Below are positions 1 through 5,723 of a DNA stretch of 5,723 nt, piece after piece. The notes beneath the pieces were generated by a model. The model saw nothing but the letters and a program-made list of their open reading frames with translations. It made no database searches and was not told the DNA's origin. Every line of letters begins with the position of its first letter. Within the stretch, counting starts at the first letter, position 1. Source of the stretch: an uncultured archaeon (lineage in GTDB: Archaea; Iainarchaeota; Iainarchaeia; Iainarchaeales; CSSED10-239); the NCBI GenBank assembly GCA_964463155.1, contig CAYXAY010000017.1, positions 1-5,723 on the forward strand, given 5' to 3'. A program made the translations under genes and the position numbers.

Positions 1-55
1 TGAAATTACTACTGCAACAAAAATTTCTGCAGGCGGAAAGCATAGTTGTGCAGTT
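1..55 (+). repeat. Intragenic perfect repeat, copy A (identical to 457-511)
   Basis: tgaaattactactgcaacaaaaatttctgcaggcggaaagcatagttgtgcagtt occurs at 1-55 and again at 457-511. The offset is 456 nt, or three blades. Identity breaks at 56/512. Copy A may extend further upstream of the window. Confidence 0.9.
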
Positions 56-778
56 AACGCAAAAGGAGAAGTATATTGTTGGGGAAATAACAGTCATGGA
101 CAATTAGGTGATGGAACAACAAACAATAAGTTACTTCCTGTCAAAGTAAATTTACCACAAGGAGCGACTGCAATTGCAGTATCAGTAGGATCTTTACATA
201 GTTGTGCAGCATTATCAACTGGCAATGTTATGTGTTGGGGTAATAATGAAGCCGGGCAATTGGGAGATTATAGTAACATAAGTAGGCCAAATCCAGTTTA
301 TGTTTATAGAATAATAAATGCCACAAATGTTTCTGTAGGAAGATACTATAGTTGTGCATTGTTATCAGATGGCAATGTTATGTGTTGGGGTAACAATGAT
401 TATGGACAATTAGGTGATAACTCTATAATACAAAGAAATACCCCTGTGTTTGTTTATGAAATTACTACTGCAACAAAAATTTCTGCAGGCGGAAAGCATA
501 GTTGTGCAGTTTTAAATAACGGAATCGCAAAATGTTGGGGTAACAATATTTCTGGACAATTAGGAGATGGAACCACAAACCAGCATCTAGTACCGGTTTC
601 AGTAGTAGGTATAACAGATGTAATAAATATTTCTGCAGGAGAAAATCACACTTGTGCAGCTACGGATAATGTAGGGTATTGTTGGGGAGATAATGAGTTT
701 GGTCAACTTGGGGATGGAACAGTAGGTGGTCAATATTCTTATCCTGTTCTAGTTTTAATTCCTGAGCAAAAGAAATAG
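2..778 (+). CDS. RCC1-like (regulator of chromosome condensation type) beta-propeller repeat protein, C-terminal portion; true start lies upstream of the window
   Basis: Frame 2 is open from nt 2 with no stop until TAG at 776-778, so the ATG at 230 is internal. There are five ~50-aa repeats, each carrying (H/Y)SCA...(C)WG(N/D)N..GQLGD(G), the classic RCC1 blade signature. The CWG codons sit at 77, 233, 383, 533 and 680, a spacing of 147-156 nt. Many N-X-S/T sequons are present (NIS, NAT, NVS, NIS, NIS, NHT), and blades 1-4 each have two Cys at fixed positions, SC(A) and CWG; the last blade has TC(A) instead of SC(A). Confidence 0.85.
   Translation, partial: EITTATKISAGGKHSCAVNAKGEVYCWGNNSHGQLGDGTTNNKLLPVKVNLPQGATAIAVSVGSLHSCAALSTGNVMCWGNNEAGQLGDYSNISRPNPVYVYRIINATNVSVGRYYSCALLSDGNVMCWGNNDYGQLGDNSIIQRNTPVFVYEITTATKISAGGKHSCAVLNNGIAKCWGNNISGQLGDGTTNQHLVPVSVVGITDVINISAGENHTCAATDNVGYCWGDNEFGQLGDGTVGGQYSYPVLVLIPEQKK
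457..511 (+). repeat. Intragenic perfect repeat, copy B (identical to 1-55)
   Basis: Direct string comparison gives 55/55 identity, whereas the blade sequence immediately after it is only loosely similar. A second perfect patch, tggcaatgttatgtgttggggtaa, occurs at 220-243 and 370-393, an offset of 150 nt or one blade. Confidence 0.9.
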
Positions 779-805
779 TTTTATTCTTTTTTTTTATTTT
801 TTCTA
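779..805 (+). terminator. Oligo-T tract immediately after the RCC1-like CDS (candidate archaeal-type terminator)
   Basis: A T9 run at 787-795 and a T6 run at 797-802 begin right after the stop codon. Archaeal RNA polymerase commonly terminates at oligo-T runs. No experimental support. Confidence 0.4.
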
Positions 806-920
806 TTCTTTAAACGCTTCTTTTCCTTAAAATAGCCCCAATCCTTGCTTTAAATCAAAAAAAGCTCAATTTTGGTTTTATTTTATAAATAAAGCGAAAT
901 CTTGCCACAACCCCACGATC

Positions 921-930
921 TATTTATAAA
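921..930 (+). promoter_or_regulatory. Candidate TATA box for the 23S rRNA transcript
   Basis: tatttataaa lies ~85 nt upstream of the outermost base of the processing helix (1016). Alternative TATA-like strings are ttttataaat at 881-890 and ttttaaat at 989-996. The sequence alone does not discriminate between them. Confidence 0.25.
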
Positions 931-1015
931 CTTTGTCATACATAATTATGTTATTCCAAATAAGTTATTTTATTTTGGAATTCGACCGTTTTAAATTTTT
1001 TAGAACAACTTTGGC

Positions 1016-1144
1016 AAAGAAATCCATCTATGGGTATCTTTCGCTTATTATGTTTACGGGATGAGAGAGTAGGTAATTTGTGCCATGTGTCAAGTTTAAA
1101 CTGACATATAAACTATTAAAAAGAAAAGAATTTCACAAAAATTT

Positions 1145-1152
<8 letters not shown>
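1016..1152 (+). other. 5' strand of the pre-23S rRNA processing helix
   Basis: Hand pairing to the 3' flank gives these segments. 1016-1030 pairs with 4229-4245 (two 1-nt bulges). 1053-1058 pairs with 4209-4214. 1064-1083 pairs with 4185-4204 (20 bp, one G.U). 1084-1087 pairs with 4175-4178. 1090-1097 pairs with 4167-4174 (one mismatch). 1128-1134 pairs with 4128-4134. 1141-1152 pairs with 4115-4126 (one mismatch). Confidence 0.7.
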
Positions 1153-4114
<2,962 letters not shown>

Positions 4115-4122
<8 letters not shown>

Positions 4123-4245
4123 AAATAGAAATTCAAATCTAAAAAATAGTTTAGAGGTCTAAAAACAAACATGACATGCTCGTAGCACAAATTACCTATT
4201 CTCTTTATCGTAAAAAATTTAAAATCTTTAGAATGGATTTTCTTT
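4115..4245 (+). other. 3' strand of the pre-23S rRNA processing helix
   Basis: Complement of 1016-1152 as listed for the 5' strand. It contains a 6-nt unpaired stretch, ctcgta (4179-4184), next to the 4-bp catg/catg helix. Confidence 0.7.
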
Positions 4246-4280
4246 AAGAAAATAATTCTTTTCTTGTCATCAGATTAGTT

Positions 4281-4288
4281 AAAAAAAA
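4281..4288 (-). terminator. Oligo-T (T8 on the - strand) downstream of the 239-aa membrane protein gene
   Basis: A8 on the + strand reads as T8 on the - strand, ~50 nt after the TAG stop (4339-4341). It is preceded on the - strand by a short hairpin-capable segment (agggaa ... ttccct, 4295-4317). It sits in the convergent gap with the 23S transcript. Confidence 0.4.
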
Positions 4289-4338
4289 TTAGAAAAGGGA
4301 ATTAATTCTTTCCCTATAGTTTCTTCTTATGAAAGGCT

Positions 4339-5058
4339 CTATTTCTTTTTAATAAAGCAAGCAATTACTGCAATGCAGTACATCGTTATTATTGTGTTTG
4401 ATACTGATTGAAGTATTAGTTCAACATATGGACTTTGTGATAACCACAAAACACTTGCATATTCCAAGCCAAAGCTTATAATGATAGTGATTATTCCCAG
4501 AAGTATCATAAGAACAATCAATAACCAAAACTTTTTCTTCAAAAACAACCAGGCCCTATCAAAGGCTTCTCTTATGGTTTTAGAAACTGCTAAAAACAAG
4601 ATGGTTAAACTTGTTATCAAAGATATGACCATTGATACAATTGCAAGAATTATCAAAAGAATGATTGAGATTATTCCTGGTTTTATTGTTATCAAATACA
4701 ATAAGAAATAAAATAAAACAAATATAAGGCTTACAAAAAAACTATAAACAAAAACCTTTGAAATATCCTTGTAGACATTTCTTTTGGATTTTAAGATCGC
4801 ATGGGCAATAAGATAAGAAACATAATTGCCTAAGAAAAACACAAAAAAGAAACCAAGAACCAACCAGATCAATGTGTAACTATAATAATTAATTATATAG
4901 ATTGGCAAAACTTGAAGAGATGCGCTGAAATAAAACGTGTCAATAATGTAATTAACAAGATAATTCATTCCAAAAAAAGAAATCAAAAACAAAACAATGA
5001 TTGCAATTGTTTTCTTATTCGCAAAAATCTTAAAGCCTTTGCCTAAACATTCCAACAT
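4339..5058 (-). CDS. Polytopic integral membrane protein (about 6 predicted TM segments), family not recognised
   Basis: The ORF is 239 aa. It is extremely hydrophobic (runs of I/L/F/V) punctuated by short K/R-rich loops (KSKRNVYKD, KTIREAFDRAWLFLKKK, C-terminal KKK). Its start lies 15 nt after the stop of the upstream co-oriented gene. It is the longest ORF over this span, and the + strand ORFs here are shorter shadows. Confidence 0.75.
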   Translation of the reverse strand: MLECLGKGFKIFANKKTIAIIVLFLISFFGMNYLVNYIIDTFYFSASLQVLPIYIINYYSYTLIWLVLGFFFVFFLGNYVSYLIAHAILKSKRNVYKDISKVFVYSFFVSLIFVLFYFLLYLITIKPGIISIILLIILAIVSMVISLITSLTILFLAVSKTIREAFDRAWLFLKKKFWLLIVLMILLGIITIIISFGLEYASVLWLSQSPYVELILQSVSNTIITMYCIAVIACFIKKK

Positions 5059-5073
5059 ATTATCTCTCTTATT

Positions 5074-5574
5074 TTATTCTTTTATTGTCAATGTCGCTCT
5101 TTTCTCATACTCTATATTGTTTAAAGTGTATAAAACATCAAACCCATATGTTCCCGGAAGTATGTCTGCTTGGCTGATTGTTGGTGAGACCTTTACTGAA
5201 CAAACAATAGTCCTTGAACTGCCCTTTGACATTATAGGGATTATTACTTTGTTGTTTCCAATTTCAGAAGCGTTACAGGTTACAAAAAAAGACTTTTCAA
5301 CTGGAACAATAGTTACGATTGAGTTTTTAGCATCAAAGTCACTATTGTTTTTAACATTAACAAGAACACTTACGTTTTTGTCTTTACTTAGAGAATAAGG
5401 GCTTTTACTAAACTTTACTGAATGGTTGTTTCCCTCTCCAATTCTTTTCCAGTCAATAGACAAAACAACATATCCAATAACAATGATTATAAAAAAAACA
5501 ATTAAGCCAATGATTATGTATTCCTTGTCTTTTCTTAATTTTAATGATTCTATTTTTTGGTCATATAAGCCCAT
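5074..5574 (-). CDS. Single-pass membrane-anchored protein with a ~125-aa beta-rich, probably extracellular domain (Ig/CARDB-like by appearance only)
   Basis: The ORF is 166 aa. A charged N-terminus (MGLYDQKIESLKLRKDKE) is followed by one TM helix (YIIIGLIVFFIIIVIGYVVLSI). The rest alternates polar and hydrophobic residues in beta-strand style (VSVLVNVKN, SIVTIVPV, RTIVCSVKV, ATLTIKE). It has two Cys and four N-X-S/T sequons (NHS, NVS, NNS, NAS). It lies first in a two-gene unit with 4339-5058. Confidence 0.7.
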   Translation of the reverse strand: MGLYDQKIESLKLRKDKEYIIIGLIVFFIIIVIGYVVLSIDWKRIGEGNNHSVKFSKSPYSLSKDKNVSVLVNVKNNSDFDAKNSIVTIVPVEKSFFVTCNASEIGNNKVIIPIMSKGSSRTIVCSVKVSPTISQADILPGTYGFDVLYTLNNIEYEKRATLTIKE

Positions 5575-5610
5575 ATATTTATCCCTTTTTATTTGCTACA
5601 AAGATTACAA

Positions 5611-5663
5611 AAATATACTTAATAAAGATATATAAATATACTTAATAAAGGTATATAAATATA
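5611..5663. repeat. 23-bp direct tandem repeat, 2.3 copies, TATA-rich, in a divergent intergenic region
   Basis: aaatatacttaataaagatatat (5611-5633) is followed by aaatatacttaataaaggtatat (5634-5656, one a/g difference). aaatata (5657-5663) follows before the sequence diverges. Confidence 0.9.
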
Positions 5664-5699
5664 TTTGATTTATATATTTATTAGTTTTTCTATTAATTT

Positions 5700-5709
5700 G
5701 GGGGGGGGG
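5700..5709 (+). repeat. G10 homopolymer 6 nt upstream of an ATG; possible Shine-Dalgarno-like element and slippage-prone tract
   Basis: tattaattt-gggggggggg-aataga-ATG, read directly from the sequence. It is striking against the AT-rich background. Confidence 0.9.
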
Positions 5710-5715
5710 AATAGA

Positions 5716-5723
5716 ATGAACAA
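5716..5723 (+). CDS. Possible start of a + strand gene truncated by the window end (ATG AAC AA...)
   Basis: The only support is an ATG at suitable spacing after a purine (G)-rich tract and TATA-like sequence (tttatatattta, 5669-5680). Only 8 nt are visible. Confidence 0.3.

Noticed and set aside
230-778. ATG at 230 as the true start of the RCC1-like CDS, as given in the ORF track
   Set aside because: The same frame is open back to nt 2 and encodes further complete RCC1 blades. The Met at 230 sits inside the conserved NVMCWG motif, so the gene continues upstream of the window.
953-981. Hairpin attccaaa - 13-nt loop - tttggaat upstream of the 23S
   Set aside because: The 8-bp stem is mostly A-T with a large loop in AT-rich spacer DNA. 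Such a structure is expected by chance and has no clear functional placement.
4127-4338. A 5S rRNA or tRNA downstream of the 23S
   Set aside because: The segment is AT-rich. It is explained by the 3' processing-helix strand plus convergent terminator-like T and A runs. It has no GC-rich stem pattern compatible with a 5S or a tRNA cloverleaf.
4481-4711. + strand ORF of 76 aa
   Set aside because: It is fully embedded antisense in the longer 239-aa membrane-protein ORF. It is an antisense shadow with no start context.
4997-5398. + strand ORF of 133 aa overlapping both - strand genes
   Set aside because: It crosses the intergenic gap of the - strand gene pair. It lacks the coherent TM-plus-ectodomain architecture of the - strand product and has no upstream promoter or RBS-like context. 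It is somewhat long for a shadow ORF in AT-rich DNA, but the - strand reading explains the region better.
5426-5635. + strand ORF of 69 aa
   Set aside because: It is antisense to the N-terminal, TM-encoding part of the 166-aa gene and runs into the repeat-containing intergenic region. It is most likely a shadow ORF.
5611-5663. Tandem repeats as a CRISPR array
   Set aside because: The units are directly adjacent with no spacers. There are only 2.3 copies, they are AT-rich and non-palindromic, and they sit in a promoter region.

Overview
This AT-rich window is dominated by one complete archaeal-type 23S (LSU) rRNA gene on the + strand (~1145-4122), with GC visibly higher than its flanks. It is archaeal by signature strings: gtggcaagctgcgataagc near the 5' end, agtacgagaggaacgg in the sarcin-ricin loop, and gcgtaataccttgccgg in domain IV. 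The gene stands alone, with a protein gene ending ~365 nt upstream and no 16S, 5S or tRNA visible on either side. It is bracketed by a long interrupted inverted repeat (1016-1152 pairing with 4115-4245). I read this as the pre-rRNA processing helix, and it includes a bulge-helix-bulge-like element. Upstream, 2-778 (+) is the 3' part of an RCC1-like beta-propeller repeat protein with ~150-nt blade periodicity and patches of perfect internal DNA identity. Downstream on the - strand is a tight two-gene unit: a 166-aa single-pass membrane-anchored protein with a beta-rich ectodomain (5074-5574), then a 239-aa polytopic membrane protein (4339-5058). Neither could be assigned to a family. The last ~150 nt form a divergent intergenic region with 2.3 copies of a 23-bp TATA-rich tandem repeat and a G10 homopolymer 6 nt before an ATG at 5716, where the window ends. 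Composition, the unlinked rRNA and the divergent rRNA sequence suggest a small-genome, fast-evolving archaeon (DPANN-like), but this is inference only. I see no clear multi-gene novel system. The most noteworthy points are substitutions in the 23S at normally invariant peptidyl-transferase-centre positions alongside compensatory stem changes, the processing helix, and the repeat and G-tract architecture at the right end.
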